DNA from: Vicinamibacteria bacterium | GTDB lineage: Bacteria; Acidobacteriota; Vicinamibacteria; Marinacidobacterales; Marinacidobacteraceae | Direction: 5' to 3' | Length of the DNA stretch: 64,000 nucleotides | Assembly (NCBI GenBank): GCA_963555995.3 | Contig: OY821641.1 | Location: 3,584,001 to 3,648,000, forward strand | Notes under the pieces: generated by a model | Seen by the model: only the letters and a program-made list of their open reading frames with translations | Database searches by the model: none | Told to the model about the DNA's origin: nothing | Shown here: positions 28,518 to 38,800 of the stretch, in pieces | Layout: each line of letters opens with the position of its first letter | How positions within the stretch are numbered: position 1 is the stretch's first letter | Made by a program: the position numbers and the translations under genes

Positions 28518-28564
28518 GGAGCAATGGTCAAACCCGCCGGAGCAATGGTCAAAGCAATGGTCAA
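28518..28564 (+). repeat. Three direct copies of (GG)AGCAATGGTCAA
   Basis: Copies at 28518, 28539 and 28553; a 10-bp perfect inverted repeat CCGGCGGGTT/AACCCGCCGG (28503-28540) surrounds the first. Confidence 0.85.
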
Positions 28565-28697
28565 TTCGCCCCGAGCTCCGGATCTCGCGAGGGTCGAGCT
28601 TCTCGGTAGCGTGACTCTTCGAGTGGGCGGGTCCCGCGAAAGGCGGGCGCTTGTGGATCCGGAGCAAACCGGCCCGATTCGCGGTGGGCTCGCCAGG

Positions 28698-29612
28698 CTA
28701 CTGCCTGCGCCGATCCCGGGTGACAGCTGGTGCCTCGTGCGGCTCCGGCCGGGGGAGGGTTGTGATTGCGACTTGCGTGTCAGGATTCGGGTCCCGATTG
28801 GGGTCGACAAGATGGCCGGCCGGGAATGTGACGGAGACGGCCGGGTCGGCCGTGTCGAGGCACAAAAGGTGGTTGTTGTCATTGTCGCCGAGCTCCGCGA
28901 GCGCCGCCGGGGCGGTCTCGTCGCGCGTGCCGTCTGGACGCTCCACGGTCACGCGATAGAGCACCCGCTCGGCGTCGCCGGGGTCGTCGCCGTTCGGCAG
29001 CCGGACGCCGCCGGCCCAGGTCACCCGGACCACCTGTCGGGCGCCTGCCGGACAGGCGGACCCGCGGCCCGACACGGACCATTCGTCCTCGGGGACGACC
29101 TCCGCCAGCACGAGGGTGGGCCCGGCCTCAAGCGGAATGACTTGCGTCCCCGTACCGCGAAAATTCACCGGACGGCCCGTCATGCCGTCCGAGAGCAGGT
29201 CAGCGACAACGAGCACCTTCACCGGAGGGTCGTTGGCAGCGTCGCCGAACTCGCCGATGAGGAGCACGGTTCTGAGCTCGCCGGGATCGCGGGCCGGCGC
29301 GAGCGTCACGCACAAGGGCGTGCGTTCGGCCCCGGACCGCGTGAAAACGCGGAAGTCCTCGGGCTGGAGGGATTCCGGGGCGATCGTATGAGACAGCACG
29401 ACCGGCATGCCGTCCTGTCCGGTCGCGCCCGGGCAGATGAGATTGATCCCGACGCCTAGGCCGTTGTCCAGTCCGTAGAAAGCCGACAGCAGGCGCGCAG
29501 GCCTCGTTACGGCTGGCCGGGGCTCCTGCGAACGGCACGGCGCCGCAGCCAGGCTCGCGGTTGCCAAGACCACGGCGGCCCGCCATGGAGCACGGCCGGA
29601 GGGCTTCATCAT
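28698..29612 (-). CDS. Exported hypothetical protein
   Basis: Signal-like N-terminus, ordinary globular composition (LLSAFYGLDN, GQDGMPVVLS, DNDNNHLLCLD); no family recognised. Confidence 0.7.
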   Translation of the reverse strand: MMKPSGRAPWRAAVVLATASLAAAPCRSQEPRPAVTRPARLLSAFYGLDNGLGVGINLICPGATGQDGMPVVLSHTIAPESLQPEDFRVFTRSGAERTPLCVTLAPARDPGELRTVLLIGEFGDAANDPPVKVLVVADLLSDGMTGRPVNFRGTGTQVIPLEAGPTLVLAEVVPEDEWSVSGRGSACPAGARQVVRVTWAGGVRLPNGDDPGDAERVLYRVTVERPDGTRDETAPAALAELGDNDNNHLLCLDTADPAVSVTFPAGHLVDPNRDPNPDTQVAITTLPRPEPHEAPAVTRDRRRQ

Positions 29613-30060
29613 GATCGAGACTCAGATTTCCGCTTTGGTCCGCCGGTCGGGCTCAAGATACCGGAACCACATCTGTGATTCACAGGATCTTAGCAGCGTG
29701 TTCACTTGCCGTCCTCTTTCTGCCAGCTGTCGCGACCGTCGAAACGGGGCCGCCGTTGACTTCGCTCCGAGCAGAATTGCGCCGCGAGCCTGCTGGCCGC
29801 TCGAACAGGCTAGGTTTCGGGAATGCACGAAATACGAACCTCGCCCAGACGCAATCAGGCCTGTTGTTGAAGCGGCGCGACAAATTGCACACATCTGGAG
29901 GGAGATCCGCCGCGGGTTGCGCGGACTCCCCCTTGCGTTGCGATGGGGATTGATTGTCGGAAGCCGCGTTACAAGACGCTCGCTCCAGCGGCGGCGCCCG
30001 GCACGGCGCATGAGGACGCGCCCCCAGCGGCTACCAAGAATCCGCAAGTCAAACCGCGCG

Positions 30061-30094
30061 GGAGCAATGGTCAAACGCTCCCGAGCAATGGTCA
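30061..30094 (+). repeat. Two direct copies of GAGCAATGGTCA
   Basis: Copies at 30062 and 30083; same motif, orientation and 21-bp period as at 28518/28539. Confidence 0.85.
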
Positions 30095-30197
30095 TTCCCG
30101 TCGGTCAGGCGACAGATAAAACTGGGCCACCCCAGCCGGTGATGCGGGACGACGGCTACCCGGCCGGCGCGGGATCCCGGGCGGGCGGCGGCCCGAA

Positions 30198-30599
30198 TCA
30201 GCGGACGGTACGGACCTCGATGCCGGGCAGAGCGAGTTCGAGCCAGATGCGGTCGGCGGTGAGCGCCGGGACGCCGAGCGCGGCAGCGGTGACGAGGCAG
30301 GCCCGGTCTCCGAGGCCAAGCCCGAACGCCGCCGTCGCCGGCCGCAGAGCGCCGCTTTGCAGCCCGGCTTCGGCATCGAAGGGGAGGAAGGCCACGCCGA
30401 AGTCGCTCCGCAGAGTTCGCACCATGACTTGCACATCCTCCGAGGGCCATTCCTGTTGATGGAGCCGCGCGGCGACCTCCGCGAGGTTCACCGTCGAGAT
30501 CGCCGCGCCGTCCCGCAGGGCGTCCGCGACGACGTCCGCTCCGGGTTCGTCGTGAATCAGGGCCAGGAGCGCCGAAGCGTCGAGGACCCAGCGCGCCAT
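30198..30599 (-). CDS. vapC: VapC/PIN toxin
   Basis: VLDASALLA, STVNLAEV, GLGDRACL, LTADR; AAGGA RBS. Confidence 0.9.
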   Translation of the reverse strand: MARWVLDASALLALIHDEPGADVVADALRDGAAISTVNLAEVAARLHQQEWPSEDVQVMVRTLRSDFGVAFLPFDAEAGLQSGALRPATAAFGLGLGDRACLVTAAALGVPALTADRIWLELALPGIEVRTVR

Positions 30600-30600
30600 G

Positions 30601-30906
30601 TCATTCCTTCGCCGCTTCCGCGCGCCGCTCAGCGAGAAAGGCATCCACCTCCCGACGCCTGCCTCCGCCGTGTTTCCGGGCGAGCGCCTGGAGCGTCGTT
30701 ACCGCCGTGTCCATCGCCGCCTCGGCCGTCGTCAGCCGCAGGCTCGATCCTTCGAGAGTGAGGCGCACCTTCTGGCGTTTGGCGAAGCCGAGAGCGGCGC
30801 GGAGATGCGTGGGGACGACCAGCCGCCCCGCCGAATCCACGACCGCCCAGTCGGTATTCGTCCTGGCTCTCGATCTTGTCGTGCCAGATCGTCTCTTATC
30901 TACCAT
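30601..30906 (-). CDS. AbrB/MazE-type antitoxin
   Basis: VDSAGRLVVPTHLRAALG swapped-hairpin motif; VDAFLAERRAEA tail; immediately upstream of VapC. Confidence 0.85.
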   Translation of the reverse strand: MVDKRRSGTTRSRARTNTDWAVVDSAGRLVVPTHLRAALGFAKRQKVRLTLEGSSLRLTTAEAAMDTAVTTLQALARKHGGGRRREVDAFLAERRAEAAKE

Positions 30907-31030
30907 GACACTTGGACCCTACCATGAAATACCTTGTGCCCCAGCTCGGGCTTCCTGTTCCAGATGACGTTTGGCCGGGAGCTCCCCCGGGGATGGCGCT
31001 CGGCAGCTTGCAACGCCGCCCCGGCGCCGC

Positions 31031-32317
31031 TCAGAAACGGCGGCGACGGAACCGGTTGTTCACCACGTTGTTGAAGATGGACCCGAACCGGAACTCGAAG
31101 CCGACCTCGACGCCGTAGTCGAACTCGGTCGCCCGCGCCTGCAGCCGCAGCAGGGCCTCCTCGTCGGTCGCTTCCTCGGCGGCGAGGTAGATCTGGTCGT
31201 TCACCGACGAGATGTTCCCGGACACTTCCAGCGAGAGACCCCGGAAGATCCGGAACTCGAGGTCCCCGCCGAGGCGGATCAGGCGCTGGCTGAAGTCGTG
31301 CAGGAAGTGCGATCCGCTGACGTTGACGGAGGCGTTGCCCCAGGGCTGGCGCTGGCTGAAGCGCACGTCGAGGGCCTGTTCCCAGCGGGTCTCCTCGGTC
31401 TCCCCGTAGATCGTGGTTTCGGCGTAGTCGCGGTACGCGGGGCCGATCGCGTAGTGGAAGATGAAGCTGCGCCGGGTCGCCTCCTCGTAGGGGAAGATGC
31501 TGTATTCCAGCGCGGGCGCGACTTCGATCCGGAACCGCTGGTTGTAGGTCAGGTTCCGGCTGGTGTTCGTGTCGAGGCCGACCGACCAGTGATCGAGGAG
31601 GGCGTACACGACGCGGGTATCCAGGCTCCAGCCGGTCCGCGTGTCGGTGAACGTCCCATCCGAGAGTTCAATCGAGAAATGGTCGTTCTGGATGTCTCCC
31701 CACAACCGGACCCGCCAGTCGGGGGTGACCCGGGAAGCGGAGAACCCACCTTCCAGGCTGGTGCGCCGCTGGGTGGTCTCGCCGTCAATCCCCACTTCCC
31801 CGTCAATGCGGAACACCCAGAGGTTCCACGGGTCCTCCACCTCGTCGCGGGCCACCACCCCGCGGGCCACCGCCGCCTCCTCGCGGTCCGTCGGGCTGAG
31901 GACGACGAGACCCCGGAATCCGGCCTCGTCCGCGAACGTCGCCAACCCGAGCCCCATGCTGTGGACGATCCCGTCCAGCGTCTCCCGGTCGGTGTCGGTC
32001 GGCAGCGACCGGTAGCCGTGCTCGTCGTCGTAGCTCGATTGTTCGCCGGCGCCGATGAAGTGGAGGAGGTATTCCCGTCCCCCGGCGCCGGTCGTCTGGC
32101 TGGTCATGATCAGGTGGACGTTCGCGTCCTCTTTGTCGTTGACCCAGTTCACCCAGGTGATCTCGGTGCGGTAGTAGCGGGAGTCGCACCGCGGCCCGGA
32201 GCAGTCGAAGAACACGTTGGGCCGCCCGTTCCCGTTCTGGGCGGCGGCGGGGTGCGCCGCGCCGAGAAAGAGGCTTGCCGCCGCGAGCAGCCCGAGGCCG
32301 AGGCGGCGATAGGTCAT
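31031..32317 (-). CDS. Outer-membrane beta-barrel-like protein of unknown function
   Basis: Signal peptide, N-terminal FFDCSGPRCD domain, amphipathic beta strands, FGSIFNNVVNNRF tail. Confidence 0.7.
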   Translation of the reverse strand: MTYRRLGLGLLAAASLFLGAAHPAAAQNGNGRPNVFFDCSGPRCDSRYYRTEITWVNWVNDKEDANVHLIMTSQTTGAGGREYLLHFIGAGEQSSYDDEHGYRSLPTDTDRETLDGIVHSMGLGLATFADEAGFRGLVVLSPTDREEAAVARGVVARDEVEDPWNLWVFRIDGEVGIDGETTQRRTSLEGGFSASRVTPDWRVRLWGDIQNDHFSIELSDGTFTDTRTGWSLDTRVVYALLDHWSVGLDTNTSRNLTYNQRFRIEVAPALEYSIFPYEEATRRSFIFHYAIGPAYRDYAETTIYGETEETRWEQALDVRFSQRQPWGNASVNVSGSHFLHDFSQRLIRLGGDLEFRIFRGLSLEVSGNISSVNDQIYLAAEEATDEEALLRLQARATEFDYGVEVGFEFRFGSIFNNVVNNRFRRRRF

Positions 32318-32431
32318 GCGGGCGTGACGAAGGGCAGCGAACAGCGCACCGGGAAGCGGTGAATCCTAGCCGCGCGCGATCATTTCCACGCGGCTTCCGC
32401 TCGCCGCTCCGCGACCGAGGCGCCGCGCGGC

Positions 32432-33154
32432 TCAGGCAAGGGGCTCGAAGTCCTCGCCGCTCATCGGCTTGTGCTTGTCCCACCGGCTCCGCATCTCCAC
32501 GAGCACGCTCAGGCTCCAGGGGTGCGGTGCGGGGTTGACGCGCACGACCGTGGCCTCGTATGCGCCCCGCGACTCCAGCAGCGCCATCCGGACATCCTCC
32601 GCAAAGCAAGGGGGTACCCACCCGACAAGACGCTGGTTGGCAGTTCGGACCGGAACCGCCGCTCCGTTCCCGTCATCCCGGTTGTCAGCGGTGAGTCGGA
32701 GGCTTTCCCCCGGCCTCAACGCGTCCGCCCGCCGATCGTCCGTGCCGGCGGGAAAGAAACGGCAGACGAAACTCCCGTCCGACTCCTTGACCAACTCCGG
32801 GAAGACATCGAGGCGATCGGTCATGCGGCGCCCGCCGTCCACCCACAGGGCTTCGATGGGTTCCGCTGCCGGGCTCAGGTCCAGGATCTCCAGGTACTCC
32901 GCGAAGTCAGGACGACGGGGCGACAGGACGCGGTTTCGGAAAACGGGAAACAGCGCTGCGGCGCCATAGTCGCCGCGCAGTTCCGGGAAACCCGGGACCA
33001 GATCGAACCTGCCGGTGCTCCGGGCGCGCTCCGCGCCTTTCAGATGGCGGAAGCGGTACCACGGCTTTCCGAGATCCACGTCCAGACGGCCTACCGGGAA
33101 CCAGGCGTTTCCGGCGGGGTCGCGCCAACCCACGAACAGCGTGTTTCCCTTCAA
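32432..33154 (-). CDS. HipS/HipA-N-like plus HIRAN domain protein
   Basis: TTG overlaps the kinase TGA; LFVGWRDP...WFPVGRL, LFPVFRNRVLSPRRPDF, HIRAN-like LRPGESLRL...DN..D..AV...VGWVP. Confidence 0.7.
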   Translation of the reverse strand: MKGNTLFVGWRDPAGNAWFPVGRLDVDLGKPWYRFRHLKGAERARSTGRFDLVPGFPELRGDYGAAALFPVFRNRVLSPRRPDFAEYLEILDLSPAAEPIEALWVDGGRRMTDRLDVFPELVKESDGSFVCRFFPAGTDDRRADALRPGESLRLTADNRDDGNGAAVPVRTANQRLVGWVPPCFAEDVRMALLESRGAYEATVVRVNPAPHPWSLSVLVEMRSRWDKHKPMSGEDFEPLA

Positions 33155-34056
33155 TCCAGACACCGGGTGATCTCGGCCGCATTGTAGGCGAGCAGCGTCG
33201 CTGCGAAGTCCCGCGCCGGCCGAGACATCCAATCCGCCGGAACACGGCGCACGACCGCTGTCAGGGAGTCGCCGGACAGCGCCGTCACCCGGCGGATCGG
33301 CTTTTGAAACAGGGCCGGATAGCGCGAGGCGGCGTGCCGGACCAGGTCCAGGGGGCTCGGTCCGTACCGGCCGCCGGTCGACCAGTAGATGCCGCCCCGC
33401 CCCTTTTCGGCGTATCTGCCGACTGTGCCCTCCCCCAGTCGCGCCGTGCGTTTCCGGTCGGGAAGCTCCCTGCCGAGGGAAGACCCGTGATCGAAGGACG
33501 GCGCCAGCGAGCGGCGGCCCGCCGAGGGTGCATCGGACTCGATCAATCCCCAGTTGTCGTGGTGCCGGTCCGTATTGCCGATCAGGGCGTCGAGGACGAC
33601 ATAGCCCGCGAACTGAAGTTTCGCCTCGGCCGCTTCGTCTTCCAGGAACCGTTCCAGTGCCTCGAAGATGTTCGAGAGCGTGTGCGCCGACTGACCGAAG
33701 CGGCGCTGACGGTCGTAAGGCATCGTGCGGGCAAGGACTTCGCCGCCATGCAACAGCGTGGGCGCCTCCGGCGAAAGGAGGGATCGCGTCGTGGACCCGC
33801 GTCGCCCCTCCACCTCGGCCAGTTCGACGGCGGCGTGCGGTACCTCGATGGCGCGCGCCACTTCGGCGGCGACCTTCTCCGCCCAGTGCTGACCGGTTCC
33901 CGCTTGCGGGTACTTGAAGAGCCAATCGGATTGACCGGATGGCTCCCGGTACCAGAACTTCGGCTTGCTGCCCATCGCCTCCTTCAGCGCTTCTCGGGGA
34001 GCGCGGATCTTCAGGATGGGGTAAGGGTCGGGCGTTCCCGTCCCAGGCTCGCTCAC
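33151..34056 (-). CDS. HipA-like kinase (C-terminal domain only)
   Basis: MGSKPKFW loop, WLFKYP, AEKVAAEVA, DALIGNTDRHHDNWG, APSFDHGSSL; GTGA overlap with the upstream gene. Confidence 0.85.
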   Translation of the reverse strand: MSEPGTGTPDPYPILKIRAPREALKEAMGSKPKFWYREPSGQSDWLFKYPQAGTGQHWAEKVAAEVARAIEVPHAAVELAEVEGRRGSTTRSLLSPEAPTLLHGGEVLARTMPYDRQRRFGQSAHTLSNIFEALERFLEDEAAEAKLQFAGYVVLDALIGNTDRHHDNWGLIESDAPSAGRRSLAPSFDHGSSLGRELPDRKRTARLGEGTVGRYAEKGRGGIYWSTGGRYGPSPLDLVRHAASRYPALFQKPIRRVTALSGDSLTAVVRRVPADWMSRPARDFAATLLAYNAAEITRCLD

Positions 34057-35687
34057 CGCTCCACGTACCCCGGGCCCCGGAGCACCTGGCCCGGCAGTTC
34101 GCCGGTCGGTTCGCCCTCGGCGATGATCGCGACGCCGTTCACGAAGACCCAGGGGATGCCGGTCGGGTAGCGCTCCGGCTCCTCGAAGGTGGCCTCGTCC
34201 TGGACCGTGTCCGGGTCGAAGAGGACCATGTCGGCCTTCATCCCGGGACGCAGCACCCCGCGGTCGGACAGGCCGAGGCGGTTCGCGGGCGCCGAGGACA
34301 TCTTGCGGATGGCTTCTTCCAGCGTGAGGAGTCCCTCCTCGCGGACGTACTTCGCGAGGACCCGCGGATAGGTGCCGAAGGAGCGCGGATGCGGCTTCCC
34401 CATCGGCGTTCGCATCCCGGCGGCCAGCGCGCTGCCGTCGGAGCCGATGTGGGTGAAGGGCTGGGCGAGGGCCTGGACCAGGTTCACCTCCTCGTTCCCG
34501 AAGGAGATCTGGAATCCCTCGCCTTCCTGTTCGATGAGGAGGTCGAGCAGCCCCTCTTCGGGCGTGGTTCCCCGCGCTTCTCCGAGGTCGAGGATCGAGA
34601 GGCCGTCCACCTCGTCCCGGAAGGAGCTCACGAACGTGCGTCCCCAGCGGGACCGCCGGGCTTCGGACTCCCGGAGCTCGGCGAGCAGCCGTTCCCGCTC
34701 GGCCGGGTCCGTCAACCGCCCGAGCATCCGGTCCACGCCGCCCTCCTGCGCCCAGGCGGGCAGGAGCGAGCGCAGGTAGGTCCAGCCCGCGATGTAGGGA
34801 TAGACGTTCCCGGTCACGTCCACGCCCGAGGCGCGGGCCTCGGCGATCATCGCCGCGTACTGCGGGATGCGGGCGCTGGAGGTGGAGTTCAGGTGGTGGA
34901 TCTCGAGCGCCGTTCCCGCCTCGCGGGCGATGGTGATCCCCTCGGCGAGCCCTTCGAGTCCGCCGCGCAGGTGGCTGACGTAGATGCCTCCGTACCCGGC
35001 GGCCACCCGGGTCAGCCGGATCAGTTCCCCGGTGCTCATGAAGGCGTTCGGGATGTAAGCCATGCCGCTCGCCAGCGCGAACGCCCCCTCCTCCATCGCC
35101 TGCGCCACGAGCGCCTCCATCGCCTGGAGTTCCTCCTCGGTCGGGTCCCGCTCCTCGTACCCGACGACGGAGGCGCGCACCTGTCCCGAGCCGACGTAGG
35201 AGACGACGTTCGGGCCGACCCCGGCGAACTCCAGCCGGTCGAGGTAGCCGCCGAGGGTGGTCCAGTCGCGCTCGATGGGCGGGGCGACCATCATCGGGTC
35301 GTCCACCGCCGGGCCCAGCACCGGCCCCGCCGAGAGGTGCTCTCCGAGCACCTCGGTGGTCACGCCCTGCGCGGTCTTGCTCAGGGCGCGGGGGTCCACG
35401 ACCAGTCCGTACTCCGAGTGGGCGTGCATGTCAATGAAGCCGGGGGCGAGGACCAGGCCCTCGGCTTCGATCTCCTGGAGCGCGTCCGGTTCTTCCGGCC
35501 CGACGCTCACGATGGTGTCCCCGGCGACCGCGAGGTTCCCCCGGAACCAGGGGCCGCCGGTCCCGTCCACGATGCGCGCCCCGCGGATCAGCAGGTCGGC
35601 GGGGGCCGGCGCCTCGGTGGGAGGGGCGGTGCACCCGGCCAAGGCCAATGCCGTGAGTACTGCCGGAATCCGTGGAGTGCGTCTCAT
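34053..35687 (-). CDS. N-acyl-D-amino acid deacylase (D-aminoacylase), lipoprotein
   Basis: LAGC lipobox; IVDGTG, APGFIDMHAH, SHLR, GSDG, HPRSFGTYPR, FVNG. Confidence 0.9.
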   Translation of the reverse strand: MRRTPRIPAVLTALALAGCTAPPTEAPAPADLLIRGARIVDGTGGPWFRGNLAVAGDTIVSVGPEEPDALQEIEAEGLVLAPGFIDMHAHSEYGLVVDPRALSKTAQGVTTEVLGEHLSAGPVLGPAVDDPMMVAPPIERDWTTLGGYLDRLEFAGVGPNVVSYVGSGQVRASVVGYEERDPTEEELQAMEALVAQAMEEGAFALASGMAYIPNAFMSTGELIRLTRVAAGYGGIYVSHLRGGLEGLAEGITIAREAGTALEIHHLNSTSSARIPQYAAMIAEARASGVDVTGNVYPYIAGWTYLRSLLPAWAQEGGVDRMLGRLTDPAERERLLAELRESEARRSRWGRTFVSSFRDEVDGLSILDLGEARGTTPEEGLLDLLIEQEGEGFQISFGNEEVNLVQALAQPFTHIGSDGSALAAGMRTPMGKPHPRSFGTYPRVLAKYVREEGLLTLEEAIRKMSSAPANRLGLSDRGVLRPGMKADMVLFDPDTVQDEATFEEPERYPTGIPWVFVNGVAIIAEGEPTGELPGQVLRGPGYVER

Positions 35688-35777
35688 CTGCCTTGCCTCC
35701 CGGGCTCTCGCCCGCGTCGGTTCGGGGAGGGGACAGGCTAGCAGTCGGTGGCTGCTGGTTTCGGGTGGGGTTGCGCC

Positions 35778-35828
35778 GTGCGCGGCGCGGAGCGCCGCGG
35801 TGCCGGTCTGGAGACCGGCGTTCCAAGC
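35778..35828. repeat. REP-like palindrome with adjacent hairpin
   Basis: GTGCGCGGCGCGGAGCGCCGCGGTGCCGGTCTGGAGACCGGCGTTCCAAGC. Confidence 0.75.
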
Positions 35829-35892
35829 CGGTGCGATGTCTCCGCTGTCTAGTGCGGCGACCTAGAATTTCCGTGTGGGTTGCGCGGCCGGA

Positions 35893-38800
35893 ATGACGAG
35901 GGGACAGGGACCATTCCGGCCGTGGGCTGGGTGGTTCCTGCTGCTGGCCTGCCTGCATGCGCCTGACCTCGCGGCGCAGGCGGGGACGACCACCGGCGTC
36001 ATCCGGGGGGAGGTGAGCGATCCGCTGGGGAACGCGGTGCCGGGTGCGGTCATCCTGATCCAGCACCGGGGTACCGACCTGGTGACCGCGGTCGAGACCT
36101 CGCGCGACGGCAAGTTCGTCCGCAGCCTGCTGCCGCCGGGGACCTACGACCTGACCGTGACCGCCGCCGGCGGGTTCGGGACCGAGCGGATCGAGGGCGC
36201 GATCCTGCGGGTGGGGGAGGTGCTGCACTTCCACCTCGACCTGCGGATCGTGGCCACGGAAACGGTGACGGTCTTCGGCGAGCTGCCGTCCCCGGTGGAG
36301 ACCACCGACTTCACCCGCTCGCAGCGCCTGCGGGAGGAGGTGGTGGACGCGGTGCCGAGCAACGGGCGGAACTTCCTCGACCTGACGCTGCTCACCCCCG
36401 GGGCTTCGGTGTCCCAGGGGCCGGACGGCGACGAGCTGAACATCAACGGCCAGCGCGGCATCTTCAACAACTTCATCGTGGACGGGGCCGACTTCAACAA
36501 CCCCTTCTTCGGGGAGCAGCGCGGCGGCCAGCGGGCGGCGTTCACCTTCAACCAGGACGCGGTCGCGGAGCTGGTGATCGTGAACCAGGGCGCCCCCGCC
36601 GAGTTCGGCCGCTCGGCGGGCGGCTTCATCAACGTCGTCACGAAGTCGGGGACGAACGAGTTCGCGGGCTCCGGCCACTACTTCGGCCAGTGGGACGAGA
36701 TCGCCGCCGAGTACTCCGCCGACCGGGGCGGAGGCAAGCCCGACTTCGGGCGGAACCAGTTCGGCGCGACCGTCGGCGGCCCGCTGGCGCGCGACCGGGC
36801 GTTCTTCTTCGTCGCCTACGACCAGCAGGCGGCCGCCGAGACGAAGCAGGCCGTCCGGCGGGTCGCGAACCCGGCGAACCTCGAACGGCTGGGCGCCTTC
36901 CTGAACACCCGCTGGCCGGGCCTCTTCGAGGACGAGTTCGGTCCCATCCGCCGCACCGACGACGCCCGGGCGCTGCTCGTGAAGCTGGACCTCAACCTGA
37001 GCGGCCGGCACCAGGCGTCGCTCAAGTACAACGCCACCTGGTCGGAACAGGTGAACGGCACCTTCGACGTGGACTCGTGGGGCGCCTCCATGAACGGCAT
37101 CGAGCGCGACCGCTCGCACGCGGTGAACGGCAGCCTGCGCTCGCTGCTCACCGGCGCGCTGTCGAACGAGCTGCGGGTCCAGTGGGCGCGGGAGGACCGG
37201 CCGCGCTGGTACGACGGCCCGTTGCTGCCGGGGGCCGTCCATCCGGGGCAGCCGCAGTTCGACCGGCTCGGGGGGCGTCCGTTCCCCGACATCGCCATGG
37301 ACTTCGCGGACGGCTTCCGCATCGGGCTGCCGTTCTTCCTCCCCATTGACCCCTCCTTCGACGACCGGTTCCAGTTGGTGGACAACGTGTCCTACGCGGC
37401 CGGGGCGCACCTGTTCAAGGCCGGGTTGGAATACAACCGCACGCGGGCGAAGCAGCAGTTCATCGGGATGGCGAACAGCCGCTACCTCTTCGACTCCGTC
37501 GAGGGCTTCATCGGGTTCGCCACCCACGGCGGCGGCTACGTCCACTGCTCCGACGGGTCGTCCGCCACTTCCGGGGCCTGTCCGGCGGGCGCCTCCATCA
37601 CCGGTCCGGTGCTGCTCTACCTCCAGTCGGCCACGGTTCCGGGGATCCCGGCCGCCGAACTCGGCGTCCAGGAACTTCCGATGCAGGAACTGGGGGTCTT
37701 CGTGCAGGACACCTGGCATCCGGGCGAGCACCTGACGCTCGACCTGGGCCTCCGCTGGGACGGGACCTGGCATCCGGACGTGTTCGTCGAGCCGGAGGAC
37801 ACCTTCTTCGCGCCGTACCTCGGCAATCCGGCGTTCCCCTCGGACGGGCGAATTCCCGACGACCTCGACAACTTCCAGCCGCGCTTCGGGGTGGCGTGGG
37901 ACGTCGCCGCGGACGGGCGCACGGTGGCGCGGGCGGCGGCCGGGTCCTACGTCTCCCGGATCCCGATGCTGGTCTTCGCCCAGCACCGCTCCACGAACGG
38001 CGCGTTCCAGCAGACCCTGTTCCGCAGCAGCGCCGACACCGTCCTCGGCCCGGTGCCGGAGCTGGACCGCCAGCTCGACGCCTCGGGAGCGCCGCCCTTC
38101 CTGCCGGACATCCAGGTCGCCGACCGGAACCTTGCACTGCCGCGCACCTGGTCGTTCAGCCTGGGGCTGGATCGGGACCTGGGGCGGGGGATGGCCGCCA
38201 GCGCCAACTTCGTGTACGCCCGGACCGACCAGCTCTTCCGCTACCTCAACCGCAACGATCCGGCCTTCGGCGCCCCCTTCGGCATCGGCACCCACCCCGG
38301 CGGGGGCGGGATCAACACCCTCACCGTCGCCGAGAGCACGGCGCGGTCGCGCTACCAGGCGCTGACCCTCGGGCTGCGCGGCTGGAGTTCGCTCGGGGAC
38401 CGGCCGCTGACATTCGAGGCCCACTACACCCTCGCCTTCGACCGCTCCGACGACGACAACGAGCGGGACCCGTTCACCTTCCGCTATGCCGACCCGTCGA
38501 ACCTCGGCCCCGAGTTCGGCTGGTCGGACCGCGACCGCCGCCACCAGGTGAGCGGCTACCTGCTCGTCACGCTTCCGGGCGATGTGAACTGGAACAACGT
38601 GTTCCGGTATCTGTCGGCTTCGCCCGCCTCCGAGGCGTGCGCCCGGCCCGGCGAGCGGGCGAACCAGCCCTCGGACCGCATCTGCGCCGACGGCTCCATC
38701 CTCACCCGGAACACCCTGCGGCGCGACAACGCGTTCTTCACCTGGGACCTCCGCATCTCACGCCGCTTCGCGCTGCCGAACGGCGCGACCGTCGAACCCA

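Noticed and set aside
29675-29953. 92-aa ORF with signal-peptide-like start
   Set aside because: No RBS, atypical codon usage and no recognisable domain; at most a gene remnant
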